Source: Nemertoderma westbladi (Eukaryota > Animalia > Xenacoelomorpha). Taken from it: a stretch of 64,000 nucleotides of DNA. Positions 51,598 to 64,000 of this stretch are shown here, piece after piece. The stretch lies in assembly GCA_032718475.1 (NCBI GenBank), contig JAUCBJ010007698.1:23432-87431 (forward strand), read 5' to 3'. Under the pieces are notes generated by a model, which was given only the letters and a program-made list of their open reading frames with translations, did not search any database and was not told the DNA's origin. Each line of letters starts with the position of its first letter. The first letter of the stretch is position 1. Both the position numbers and the translations under genes were made by a program.

Positions 51598-53121
51598 CAG
51601 CCATACACAGTGCCGGCGGACCCAGCAACATAGCAGCCCCAGATCTCGCGGCCAGCCATACACAGTGCCGGCGGACCCAGCAACCTAGCGCCCCCAGATC
51701 TCGCGGTCAGCCATACACAGTGCCGGCGGACCCAGCAACATAGAAGCCCCAGATCTCGCGGCCAGCCATACACAGTGCCGGCGGACCCAGCAACCTAGCG
51801 CCCCCAGATCTCGCGGTCAGCCATACACAGTGCCGGCGGACCCAGCAACATAGAAGCCCCAGATCTCGCGGCCAGCCATACACAGTGCCGGCGGACACAG
51901 CAACCTAGCGCCCCCAGATCTCGCGGCCAGCCATACACAGTGCCGGCGGACCCAGCAACATAGCAGCCCCAGATCTCGCGGCCAGCCATACAAAGTGCCG
52001 GCGGACCCAGCAACCTAGCGCCCCCACATCTCGCGGCCAGCCATACACAGTGCCAGCGGACCCAGCAACATAGCGCCCCCAGATCTCGCGGTCAGCCATA
52101 GACAGTACCGGCGGACCCAGTAACATAGTGCCCCCAGATCTCGCGGCCAGCAATACACAGTGCTGGTGGACCCAGCAACCTAGCTCCCCCAGATCTCGCG
52201 GTCAGCCACACACAGTGCCGGCGGACCCAGCAACATAGCGCCCCCAGATCTCGCGGTCAGCTATACACAGTGCTGGTGGACCCAGCAACCTAGCTCCCCC
52301 AGATCTCGCCGCCAGCCATACACTGTGCTGACGGACCCAGCAACATAGCACCCCCAGATCTTGCGGTCAGCCATACACAGTGCCGACGGACCCAGCAACA
52401 TAGCAGCCCCAGATCTCGCGGCCAGCCATACACAGTGCCGGCGGACCCAGCATCCTAGCGCCCCCAGATCTCGCGGCCAGCCATATACAGTGCCGGCGGA
52501 CCCAGCAACATAGAGCCCCCAGATCTCGCGGTCAGCCATATACAGTGCCGACGGACCCAGCAACATAGCAGCCCCAGATCTCGCGGCCAGCCATACACAG
52601 TGCCGGCGGACCCAGCAACCTAGCGCCCCCAGATCTCGCGGCCAGCCATATACAGTGCCGACGGACCCAGTAACATAGCGCCCCAGATCTCGCGGCCAGC
52701 CATACACAGTGCCGGCGGACCCAGCAACCTAGCGCCCCCAGATCTCGCGGCCAGCCATACACAGTGCCGGCGGACCCAGCAACCTAGCGCCCCCAGATCT
52801 CGCGGCCAGCCATATACAGTGCCGGCGGACCCAGCAACCTAGCGCCCCCAGATCTCGCGGCCAGCCATACACAGTGCCGGCGGACCCAGCAACCTAGCGC
52901 CCCCAGATCTCGCGGTCAGCCATATACAGTGCCGACGGACCCAGCAACATAGCAGCCCCAGATCTCGCGGCCAGCCATACACAGTGCCGGCGGACCCAGC
53001 AACCTAGCGCCCCCAGATCTCGCGGCCAGCCATACACAGTGCCGGCGGACCCAGCAACATAGTGCCCCCAGATCTCGCGGCCAGCCATACACAGTGCCGG
53101 TAGACCTATCAACATAGCGCC
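51598..53121. repeat. 55-bp GC-rich minisatellite, ~28 units
   Basis: Period 55 (e.g. 51653 to 51708); variants caacatagcagcccc and caacctagcgccccc tend to alternate. Confidence 0.96.
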
Positions 53122-53424
53122 CCGGATCAACATATCACCCCAGATTAGCTGTCCACCTTCTTACATATTATTGTTGCAGATAATCAATCAATTACTTTAT
53201 TCCAAAATTGAAGCATTACTCTATGTCGTTAGTATTAACAGCGAGTTGTTATTTAGCACTTTACAACTGTACATTTAGCAGATAGGGGGGGAAACTGGAC
53301 GCAATAAAAATTCATCCCTCTCCAGGGGAAATTGGACGCAAATAACAGCTGATTACTCTCAAAAATAAAATTGTAACCTGTTCTATTGTGTTTAGTTTAT
53401 TGTTTTGGTTAAGATAACGTGTCA

Positions 53425-53715
53425 CTGTAAAGTAAAGTAAAAGTACCGTAAAGTAAATTTTCTTCGGCCACTAGGCCAGGGATTACGCACAAAGTCTGAG
53501 AACTTATTTCCAGTGCGGTCCCCCCAGAACTTTACTCCCCAGAGGAAACTCTAGTACTCATTTAGCTACCGCTTAAGGATGCAAGATTAAAGATGCGCCC
53601 TGGCTGGTCCCTTTAAAGCATTCGTGCCGAAACGAAAACTGCCCTGGCCCATGTGAGTATCGAACCCACGACCTACAGGAGATGTGAATTCAATGCAACC
53701 ACTACACCAAGGTGG
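53425..53715 (-). mobile_element. tRNA-derived SINE with (TTTAC)n-like tail
   Basis: Minus strand CCTTGGTGTAGTGG..GGGTTCGATACTC (A/B boxes), a body containing agctaaatgagtac, and tail tttactttac. Confidence 0.7.
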
Positions 53716-53807
53716 AACCTTTAGTACTGTAACCTGCTCCTTTCCCTAAATTGAGCATTTAACTTTGAGGCGGGGTATTAATTCGCCAAGGTGGGTTTTG
53801 CGTCTAG

Positions 53808-53838
<31 letters not shown>

Positions 53839-54216
53839 CATGATACAATGATACAATCATTTTGTAATGTTACAATTTTGGAATAAAACTACATACATAC
53901 TTGTTGCAAGGTACTTTACAGTGTTATGATCCTCGTGGCTTTATTTTCACTCACTCACTAACGTTCGTTCGTGTAACAAAGCCACTCGGATCACCACACT
54001 GTAAAGTACTACATTACACACAAGTATGTAAATAGTTAATTACTACCTCATTATCCCCTATTATCACCTATTTAGTCAATAGGGAACCATTATAGCCCCT
54101 ATCCCAGTTGGGTTGAGACAAGAATGTCCAAATTAAAAATAAATACCGTTCGCATTATATTATAAAAATTGTTGCAACTCATTGCACGACAGACGAGTGC
54201 TACTTGGTAATCCGTC

Positions 54217-56217
54217 CTACAATTCGTACTGAATACAATTCGTATTATCTTTACTTTCAGTTTCCATCGCCGTAGGTTCCTCATTATGGACACTTACTGG
54301 TTGGGTGTCCACCACCGGTATCTGCACCGGCGGTGCAGGTAAAACAAACTGTTGGATTTGCCGCATTCTGTCTCCGTAGAACTCGTAAACAAAGTTCCCC
54401 ATGTGTACCATGTCGCTAACGACAACGACATCCTGCGACGCCGGGGCCACCCCCACGGCTCGGCGTGACGTCACAGCGTCGTCTTGGTAACGCTCGCTGG
54501 GTACGATGTGGAGTTTATTGGGCAGGGCGAGGAACTGGCGGAAGGCCGGCCAGAGTTCGTAGCAGTTTCGGAACAGGGCGAGTCGCGCGACGACGTATAG
54601 ACCGAGACGGGCGCGACTCAGTGCGACTATGAGTCGCCGCACATCCCGCAGGTGGCCAACCGCGCGACTCCGCACCAACGAGAGGATAACGTAGTCATTC
54701 TGTTGCCCCTGGTAACGGTCGACAGTAGTGACCTTGTGTGGCGCACCGATGGCGGCGTTTGTGGCGCACCGTTTCGCTATTATATCCCGGATTAAGTGTT
54801 TCTGGCCGTTGTAGGTGGTGAGGATGGTAATTTTATCCGCGGGGTAATCGATTAATCTCATGTACATAAATATGGCGACGGCGAATTCGGCTTCACCGAG
54901 ATTCTGGTAGAAGTACGGGTTGGGTTGGGATTCCCCGACGCCGTTGAAATCCGCCACGTCAATCAACTGGAAGTCGTAGCCGAAACCGGCGTTAGCTACG
55001 CGGAATTCCTCGCGTTCTAGAACGTGCGGTAGATCCTCCAATAGGGAGTAACGCCAGCGATACAGATGGGCCAATGAGGAGCGAGCGCGACCCTGGGCGT
55101 CCAGCTGAACGGCCGGGACACCCAGTCGCACGAGACGAGTGAACAAGGACTGCTCCATGTTGGAGTACTTCTGGAAGGCGGCGTTCTTAATGACCGGCGG
55201 CAGTTGGTGGTGGTCCCCGATCATAATCCATCGTTTCAGTCGGTTGAGTCCGTCTTCCGTGTTCTGTAGAAGCAGCGGGATGAAGGTCTCGATCTCCAGT
55301 ATCTGCGCCGCCTCCTCCATTATAATGTTATCGTACTGGAAGGCGAGTTTCACGAGATCGCGTCGACGCAACGCGGCGTGCGTGCAAGTCATCGCGATGA
55401 TACGGGCCTCGCGTACCAGCAGATACTCGGAACGTTCCCGCCCGGAACGGAGCAGCTCGAACGCTCGGAACTCCTCCAACTCGGTGAATATCCGACTCAA
55501 ATACCGCCAACAACCCTCAGCGACCTCCATGTCCTCTTTGTAGTCGAGGCCTTTAAACATCGGCTGGGGCGCGTTGGAGAAGAACCCGGAGAAAGGAAAC
55601 AAAGAAGAAACTAGTTGGGTTTTATCAACCAGCTGTGTTTCGGTTTTCACTTTGTCTAGATAGGCTTCCCAGCGAGAAACAATTTGGTACAAAAAGAAAT
55701 GTCCGGCGGTCTCACAGGTGTAGCTCACATCCCCGAGGACCCCCAAGCTCTCCTGTAACCTAGCAACCTCGCCCAGGAGCTTGAGTCGTTGGTAGAGAAC
55801 GTAGTTGACTCTCCCGTAACGACTGAAATCCTTCTCCGTCTCCAAGGCTTCCTCTCCATGTCCCAACCGCAACAGATGCCGCTCATCCACGTCCAGTTGG
55901 ATGATCTTCTCGAAGAGCTGGTTGAGGGCCTGGTTGGAATGGGTTACTATGAGGGTGCGGTGTTCCGGGTGGTTGTGGTACAGATTGGAGACGATCTGAA
56001 CGGCGACGTCGGTCTTACCGGTACCGGGGGGACCCACGACCAGCGTCAGACCGGGTTGCATCCCCGATCGGATGGCCGCTACCTGGGTGGGGGTGAACCG
56101 CACCGCGTTCCTACGGGGTCGGTTGTATGGGTAGGGTCCCCGACTGGGGACCGCGTACGAATCAACTATCAGCCTTTTGGACGACTCAAATTCATCGAGT
56201 TTCCGTTTATTTACAAC
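54217..56217 (-). CDS. AQR: RNA helicase Aquarius (intron-binding protein 160), exon 2
   Basis: SF1 helicase motifs [50 protein letters not shown]; acceptor tttccag/GTT at 56218/56217. Confidence 0.96.
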   Translation of the reverse strand, partial: VVNKRKLDEFESSKRLIVDSYAVPSRGPYPYNRPRRNAVRFTPTQVAAIRSGMQPGLTLVVGPPGTGKTDVAVQIVSNLYHNHPEHRTLIVTHSNQALNQLFEKIIQLDVDERHLLRLGHGEEALETEKDFSRYGRVNYVLYQRLKLLGEVARLQESLGVLGDVSYTCETAGHFFLYQIVSRWEAYLDKVKTETQLVDKTQLVSSLFPFSGFFSNAPQPMFKGLDYKEDMEVAEGCWRYLSRIFTELEEFRAFELLRSGRERSEYLLVREARIIAMTCTHAALRRRDLVKLAFQYDNIIMEEAAQILEIETFIPLLLQNTEDGLNRLKRWIMIGDHHQLPPVIKNAAFQKYSNMEQSLFTRLVRLGVPAVQLDAQGRARSSLAHLYRWRYSLLEDLPHVLEREEFRVANAGFGYDFQLIDVADFNGVGESQPNPYFYQNLGEAEFAVAIFMYMRLIDYPADKITILTTYNGQKHLIRDIIAKRCATNAAIGAPHKVTTVDRYQGQQNDYVILSLVRSRAVGHLRDVRRLIVALSRARLGLYVVARLALFRNCYELWPAFRQFLALPNKLHIVPSERYQDDAVTSRRAVGVAPASQDVVVVSDMVHMGNFVYEFYGDRMRQIQQFVLPAPPVQIPVVDTQPVSVHNEEPTAMETESKDNTNCIQYEL

Positions 56218-56568
56218 CTGGAAATAAATTTTGTTAAACTTTATAAATATAAGAAAAACTCTCACCAAGGAGGAATAGCAGAAAAATATAATCTCTACCA
56301 AGTCCAGACGTTGGCTCATAAACTCGAGTTTTCACCAAGTCAGACACATCCATTAAAAAAAATGGCCTTCCCAAAACTCACATGAGTTTAAGGGTTTAAG
56401 CCGTTTAAGGGTATTTTATGCCGTTAATGTAAATGTTTTAAACCGTTTAAATCAACCGTTTAAGGGTTAGAAGCAGGAAAAATATTTGAATACGAAAATT
56501 AATATCCCCCCCCCCCCCCTCCCAACCCCACTGCTTTACTTTATTTACCACTGCTTTACTTTATTTAC
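56218..56568 (-). other. AQR: AQR intron, 351 bp, phase 0, GT-AG
   Basis: Donor GAG/GTAAAT at 56569/56568 and acceptor TTCCAG/G join ..NITFQE to VVNKRK.. in frame; AT-rich. Confidence 0.85.
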
Positions 56569-58827
56569 CTCTTGGAATGTTATATTAAACGGCGGAGTTT
56601 CTCCTTTAGTGAATAAAACTTGGTATCCCTGGAAACTTTCCCTCAGATGATCCGCGCTAAGGAATGTGTCGTTCCAATCCGAAGTCGGAATCTCGGAATC
56701 CATCCGGAAGTAGCTGGCCGCGTCCGGGTCTCCGTAACCTAGCAACGTATCGTGCAACCAATCAGGGACCACGCATTCCGTGTTCATTAGGTCCCGAATT
56801 GTCTCCAAAACCGCCTTAAAGTTATTCTCCTTGGGTTTCCGTCGCAGAATAACATTGAATGTCTCGTAAACGTTTTCCGTTTGTCCGTCGATGTCGTCCT
56901 GGTACTGGTTGGGGTCCAAGGCAACGCGATACGTCCGGACGTTGTCCGGGAATTCCGGTCTGTTGTCCGGACCCTCCTCGATGACTTTACCGTCCGGGCC
57001 CAGCAGCCCCTCGACAACGCAGCCCCGGATGTAGACGACCCCCAACTGGGGAGCTAACGGCTCCCACCGCGAGAAGGGCTCGCCGTAGATCCGCGCGGCT
57101 CGCACCGTGAGTAGGAAGCAGACGTCGTGCTTCCTGAGGGACTCCCAGTCGCGGAGAGCCGGCGGCACGTCGATGGCGACGTCGCCGCGGACGCAACGAG
57201 GACGGGACTCGCCTAGGTTCGGTTTACCGACGTCGACAATGGAGAAACTACGCAGCGGCACGGCCATCCGGGCCCAGCCGCCAAACACGGTAGATCCGTC
57301 CTCGACGCGCCACGGCTTCATGTACAGGAGGGTCTCCTCGACGTCTGAGCGAATCTCGTAGGTGGATTCCAATCGGAAGAGTTTAAAGTTCCTCAGGAGG
57401 TAGTCGTGGAGGGTGAGGAACTGGAGGTTGAGTTTCGGTAAGGAGAGACAACCTTCTATGTAGAACTCGTCGGGAATAACTGTCTCGTCCCAGAGGAGAG
57501 TCTCGTTGGGAAACAGCGGGAGCGAGTTGATCGAGTCGATCTGGGAGCGGGTTCGTTCGTGGCGCTCGATTAGGAGTTCTAGAAGGAGTTCCTTGTCGGG
57601 GAGCTCCTGAGAGGAATCCTCCCGCGGGGGGACCAGTGCTAGCCGGGAGGCCAGGTCGTGGAGTTCCTCCGACGACAGCGGGCCGAGGTGCTCGCGGAGT
57701 CGGTCCGCGGTGTCCACCGAGCCGACGGTCGCCAACGCGAACCTCCGGAGCTCCGGGAACCCGAAAGCGGCCCGTTGCAGCTCCGCCACGCGGCCGTAGT
57801 GGATCCGCTGTGTCTCCGCTTCGCTCAACGCCGTCCCGCGTTGGTCGTCGATCTCGAATCGCGAGTAGAACCGCAACGAGTCGAGGAGTTCCGCGAACAG
57901 TCTCCCGCGGGGATGGCGAGCCAGTCGGGAGAGTCGGGACCGCGAGACGACGAGGTGGTCGTGTAGGAGGGCGTTGGCGAACCGACGGGTCGGAAGGAGG
58001 GCCTCAACGTCGATAAGAAACTCGAGGAACCGCTCGCAGTAACTAATCGAGTCCTCGTCCACCTCGGAATCCGTTACAGAAAAGTCTAAAACCTTAAAGA
58101 ATCGACGAAGGAAGTTGGAAAGAAACCGTCGACGGAACTTCAAGGATTCCAACTCTGTCGGACTCAGTTTGGAATCGTTTCTCTGGATTGCGTTCCAAAA
58201 TTTACGTAATTTCGGTTGTAATTTTAATTGGGCTTCCAGATTACCGGGTGTTAAGCAGCACCAGATTGGAAGTGAAACCAGCGATTGGATGTGCGTGCGA
58301 ACCACGTCAACCTCCAGACTGTTGAAGCAATGCATTAGGAATATAGTCAATGCCGTTTGTTCCTTTACAGTTATGGAATCCTCACATAAACTTGCCTCCA
58401 GAACTCTGCGGAATAACTTTCCGAACTCTTCCGGTTTCGATTTAAACGCCTCCCACGTAGGTACACGTTCCCGGAACTTCTCATTTACCATGGCAACTAC
58501 AGACATGATATGGGCGTAACTCGCCATATCCCCTTTAAAATTCGGCCACAAATACAACTCTAAATACTGGCTAAATTCAAGTAACATACACTTATTGATA
58601 GCAAAGTTAGTGGCCAACAATTCCTTCTTGTATATAGTCTCAATAACTGTGGGATCAAAAGCCTCCAAGGAGGGTGATTGAGGGCTCCAATATTTCCGAG
58701 CCAGTTTCCATGTTTCATCTGTTTGTATTTCTTCGATTGTTGGGGCATTACTTCGACCGAGAGTTCGCTTTTTGTTCTTCTTACCCTCTGATATCGGAGG
58801 TTTCCCTCCGTTTTCTGACACATCCAT
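56569..58827 (-). CDS. AQR: RNA helicase Aquarius, exon 1 (N-terminal domain)
   Basis: ATG at 58827; MLLEFSQYLELYLWPNF, YCERFLEFLID, LPKLNLQFLTLHDYLLRNFKLFRLESTYEIRSD, RRKPKENNFKAVLETIRDLMNT. Spliced product ~1419 aa. Confidence 0.96.
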
Positions 58828-61800
58828 TGTCACGTTCTGCCGTTGGTGCCGTTAGCTTTACTGTTTACCGCTTGACCTTGCTTAAGTCCAACTTGAACAG
58901 TTTAATCAACAGACAATCCTACGCACTACAGCGACAGCCTACCGACGGTAAACAGGTAAAGCTTTGCAGTTTTATTTTACGTCTCGTTAAAAATAGGTGT
59001 TTAAATTTCCCGCTCTAATGAGGGGTTGTCAAAGACAAAGAGCGGCCCTAATATTCGTTTTTATTACTGTACACCATGAACCGTAATATAGTGTCATTTT
59101 ATGATGACACGGACCCCCCCCCCCCCCCCAGATTTTTCTACAAATCTTTATAATATTGCTTGAAATTTGAAACACAACTAGTTACACTCACCGTCGTTGA
59201 CCCCATGAAGCCGGAATTTTCGATTTCGCCTTTAATTTTTTTAATAAGCGTTTTAAAAAAGTGTCTTTTGCGAAATCGCACCCTCCGTATCGTGGCCATT
59301 CTTCACAATAGTCGTAATTTTTTCATATTATTAAAAAGCTTGCGTTGCAAGGATTCAAAATATGTAACAATATCTGAATTTCGTTGAGAACCACACTTTT
59401 CTGTATACTTTTTATAAGTTTTCGGAGAGATTTCCACCCTTTAGGATAAATATGATCGAATCGATAATACAGAAAATCACCCTTCAATGTTTCACATTTC
59501 GCCGACATAATAACGACAGACCGTCACTTCCCCTAAACGTCTGAAATTACTATGAAAGTAAGTTTGGCGAGAAACAATTCCCGGGTTGGTTTTTGACTAT
59601 TTAGTATTTAACTCACAGAAGTTCGCGCAATAATGATTTTCTATTGAGATAACGTGGAGCGACATACAGTAGCACATGGAGAAATCGTAGCCGAAACCAA
59701 CCCAGATTCGGCGCAGTAACAGACTACAGTATGTGGAACTGTGACAGTAGGGCCTAATATTTCTACAGGTGTATATCATATGCATTGCAAATTTTAATTT
59801 GGCAATAGTATAAGTGATAATCAGTATAAGTGAAGAATGGGATTGGCGAATCGGAAAATTTTTTTTCGAGTTCTCGTTGGTTTCATGTGAAAGATAATTT
59901 TAATTGCAAAATTAGCAACCTCGGAAAATCAAGCTGACTGCATTAGTGACGTCACCAATGCAGCACAAAATGTTCAATGGTTAGGCCTACTATACCATAA
60001 ATGCACTATGCACTTTGGATTATATTATGGATTCGCACTTTTCAGAAGTCACTTTTTATTTTTGTACTACAGTATCTAGTTTTTTCTAGTTTTTTATGAA
60101 TGTTATAGAACACGTGTTAGTTATCATTTTTTGAACATTTTTTTGGAAAAAATACCATCCTACTTTCAGAAGGTCAAATATTTGTTCTAGAAAAAAAACC
60201 TCATGAAAAACGCCCTTTTCATATGAAAAAATTGGCCAAACTATGAGTACCCACCCAAGGTATTAATGTCCGTATTTCACTATGGAAGAAGCTTCGATGG
60301 ACGCCATTTATGCTGAAAGAGCTCGTTCACACATTATATAACGCACGTTAGTTTTGGTTAATGTTATTATGCGTTATAAGGGTGGAGTGGTGGTCAAAAA
60401 TTCCCATGTTTTGCGTTATAGGCCCAGATAAAAGTGATAGAGGCTTACAACAAATAAACCGACACGTACTCTAAGGGTGTCAAAAAGTAACATTTTTTAT
60501 CTTGATTGCTTTCTTATTTGTCTCGCTACACTCGCCAAATTATATCGCTCGACAAAAAAAAGTCTAGGCCAATCATTTTTGCCATCACTTAAGGGGGGGG
60601 GGGGGGGGGGGTGGGGGGTATACAAATTTTGGTAAAAATTACGGATTTTTTTTATTTTTATTTCATCTAAAGCAGAATTTAATGAGGATTTTAAATCTGA
60701 AAACGGCTTGGCTCTAGTTATGGCTGATTTTATATCTGTCTCTCGGTCTGTCTGTCACCCCATCCAGCTAACACTTTTGTTTTATTCCTATTTACTGTAA
60801 TTTAATTCGCGGTAATTTAATCTTCCAAGTCAATTTTACTAAGTCTGTCTGACGGTCTGTCCATCATTTTTCTGTCTGCCGACGTCTGTCCATTGACGGA
60901 CGGACATTGACAGACATTGTGACAGACAGACAGATTAGATTTTGCCACAACATATAAACTAATATCTGAAATGAAATCTTTAACTTTAAATGAAAACTTT
61001 AAATGCATTTTACTGGTCTTTATTATTTCTCGATTTTGGGATTTTATAAATTTTTTAAAATGCTACTCCACCGACATTTCTCAATGGATTTTGATTCTGT
61101 TTTTTTTTGTTCTGATCATAAACTCAATAAGAATAATACTCTTTGACAGAATTTCGAAATTCGACTTTGTTCTCATTTTAAAACCAAAAATGTAGTCATG
61201 TATGAAAAAAGTAGATTTTCAAAATTTTTAATTACGAAAAGTGCCCTAAAAATTTTATTTTTGTGAAATTTGAAATTCTGTCAGTGTTGTGGCAACATAC
61301 CTCATGAATGTTCGCAGCAGTTTCAGCAAATTCCACCAAAGATTGAATGAGGAGTAGTGTTAGACGACTAACCAATGAAAATTGATTTTTTTTGACATCA
61401 GCCAATCAGAAACGAGTATTTTGAGATTTAGACTACAGAAATGGAAAGCCCATCGCAAACCCCATTGTTCATTGCGAATGTATATAATGTCAGTGATGGC
61501 GACTATTTCCAAAAGACTTTCTGATGTCGCTGTAAGTGTAAGATTCAACAATCATTATCATTCACTGAAGGCAAGGCCTTTGTGTGAAGGGGGAAGTTCT
61601 GATCAATATAAGGCTGATTTGTCACGGCCAGGGAGTTATTATACTGTACATTAGTGGAAGTTATCATGACTTCTTTGTAGATAAATCCACTGTACTGTAC
61701 ACATCGTTCTCTACCTACTTACACAATGTCCTGGAATATGCCCTTACTGCAATGTCGTAATTCTGTGGGGCGAGCCACGAAGTGAGTGAGCCTTAGCGTA

Positions 61801-64000
61801 GTGGTACCATTAATCAACCTGTCGTTCTGTCGTTCTGTCGTTCTGTCGTGTTCAATTTTAAACGTTAATAACTCGGCCAATCTTTGATGAAATCTATCCA
61901 AACTTGGTACACATGTTGTATGGCAAAAGTTTAGAAATTTTCCAAGTAGAATTTCCGTGTGGCCTTCGAGAAGCTAAGATAATAGCAGTTAATTAGTTAA
62001 TTAAGTTGATTACGGTAAAAACACCATTTTCAACCTGCCTTTTAAAGGAAATTAATTGTTTTACAGTATAAGACTTCAATAATTATACTTAAAAAATATA
62101 CAGATGTAATCCGCATACTCCATTCTATTATAGTTTTTAATTAGTTCAAGTGATTTGCTTTAATAATCGTGTCTTTAATTGATCTAAAGTAATTAAACCG
62201 GCATAAAAAATGTATTCTCATTAAATACTGCTCATTTATTGGTTAACATCCAAGTTGGCTTGATTCCCAGCAACACTTGAGGTATTCAGTCAGCCTTGCT
62301 TGTAAGAGGCAGACTGCTGCTGCTGCTAGTAGCCATCCATTCACTCACTCTCCATTGAACTGGCTGATTGGAGGTGTGTGTGTATCGGGTTCAATGACAT
62401 TAATATTATTACTAAAGTAACGTCGGGATGTTAATATTCACTGGAGCTATGAGTCTCTCTGGTTAGTTGAATGAATGAAATAAATAATTGTTTTACTGTT
62501 CCGAATATCAATGTTTATTTCTGTAGGCCAACTTACTGTATTATTATTTAATCTAAATGTACATAATAGTTTAAATAAATTATTTCACAATTTCATTCCA
62601 ATTCATACTGCTTACGCAACCATGCTAATTAGGTATATTAAATGGCAGGATTGTTTTTAATTAAAATTTTTACAGAGCAAACAAGTATATTGTATTTAAC
62701 TGAAAGTTAATTTATTTCGGTAAGTAGGCCTTGCGGTTTGTTAGTTTAGTTAGTATAATAAGTATCAAATATATTACGTGCTGCTGTACAGTAAACGCGG
62801 CTTTGCGTTATTGAATTACAGAATTGGCGGTACAAAGTACATTAATAGGGATCAGGCATATTGCATTTATATAATTGTTGTTGTAAATGTACAATAATAT
62901 GCGCCACTTTTATTTTAGTAACTGCAATGTGTATTTCATTTGTACCTGCAACCCATTAAAAAGGGCAGCTGAACATATCGCGGACAGGCTGACTATTCAC
63001 CATAACAAAAAAACCCAAATCGCCGCAGTTCCACTTACAGTTCCATATTATTCTGTTTTGCAATTTAACCCAATTTATCTGCTCTCTGCTACACGCGGTT
63101 TTATCCACGAGTTTTGTAAAGTCCCGACTTATCGGGAATGACATGAACTTAGCGTCCGGAATATTCTGATCAGATTAAATCTACTTGGCGCTGTAATACT
63201 GCATCCCGTTGTACCAGAAGTTATTAAAACATACCGGCCCCTCAAATGCGCTTGCAGTGGGTTAGAGAACAACATATACCGCCCCAGTACAACCGCTATT
63301 TTGATAAGGTCCAATATATAATATATATATATGGTCTAACATATGATAGTTCACTAATCAGCTAATAGGCCTATTAATTCGTGAGATTTCAATTTATAAA
63401 TAAAACTAATATACGAGCTCATATGAGCTCAATTGATTGATTGATTGAAGGTATGACCGTTGTTGTGGGGGACTAGGTCTACCTGTCTAGCAGCTAATAA
63501 CTCGTCCGTGGAGAGAATAATATAAGTCGAGGAACACAACGAAACGCGTTTAATTTATTTATTTATTCCAATTGGGGATGCTTTCTAACGCGGGAATGCG
63601 GTGCTATTAAACATCAACACATTCCTGCGCGTGCGTCGATATTGTGCACCCTAATACTAACAACCCACCCAGACACCCCCTACCCCTCACCCCCCCCCCC
63701 CCCCCCCCATCACCCAACATTACTATGTATAGATCAATGCAGCTCAATATATTAGTAAAGGTATCGTCTGATTAGCTTTCCTACACATGACCTCTTATCC
63801 TTGTAGTTGTTTATTTATTTACACTATTTTTTGTTGAGTAAATCTTTCTGATAGGGGGGGGGGGGGGGGGGGGGGGGGGGACTTACTCTGGACGAGCGCA
63901 ACGATTGAACGACGCTTATAATAATTAAGACGAGTACGGCGTTGATTATATTCATATACACCACCTGGCTTTGCATATTTAACGTGCGATTGGAAATAAG

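Noticed and set aside
51598-53121. CRISPR-like array
   Set aside because: Units are head-to-tail with no unique spacers, no cas genes are present, and the context is eukaryotic.
51707-53133. Repetitive ORFs (MLLGPPALCMAGREIW.., also at 22170-22716 and 26823-27487)
   Set aside because: Translations of the 55-bp repeat; 55 is not a multiple of 3, so the frames cycle.
56218-56319. N-terminus [13 protein letters not shown].. of the 700-aa ORF as a separate gene
   Set aside because: It is intron sequence; the two large ORFs are exons of a single AQR gene.
55139-58519. Plus-strand ORFs overlapping AQR
   Set aside because: Antisense shadows of GC-rich coding sequence.
59000-64000. Short ORFs upstream of AQR
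   Set aside because: AT-rich MITE/Helentron-like debris and microsatellites with no coding signature.

Overview
AT-rich, repeat-dense eukaryotic genomic DNA, most likely from an invertebrate animal; the organism cannot be named from the sequence. Host genes: the 5' part of SCYL2 (minus strand, runs off the left edge), an intronless membrane-anchored fibrinogen-domain (FReD) gene with two truncated inverted paralogues, and a complete Aquarius (AQR) spliceosomal helicase gene with a single 351-bp intron. The rest is mostly mobile DNA. This includes four BEL/Pao LTR-retrotransposon pieces, one of them a complete young 14.4-kb element (TG..CA LTRs, AATAT target duplication) that keeps a 1469-aa Gag-protease frame but lacks RT and integrase. 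There are also several RTE/RTEX-like LINE fragments with (TAG)n tails, tRNA-derived SINEs, nested MITE/foldback elements, and 15-, 55-, 126- and ~143-bp tandem repeats. Best leads: (1) the RT-less but LTR-intact Pao element; (2) a 20-nt hairpin repeated six times in three different reading frames inside another Pao element; (3) the FReD receptor's cytoplasmic tail with tandem phospho-FFAT-like motifs and a hemITAM-like YxxL. All family assignments are from motif recognition, not database searches, and many TE boundaries are approximate.
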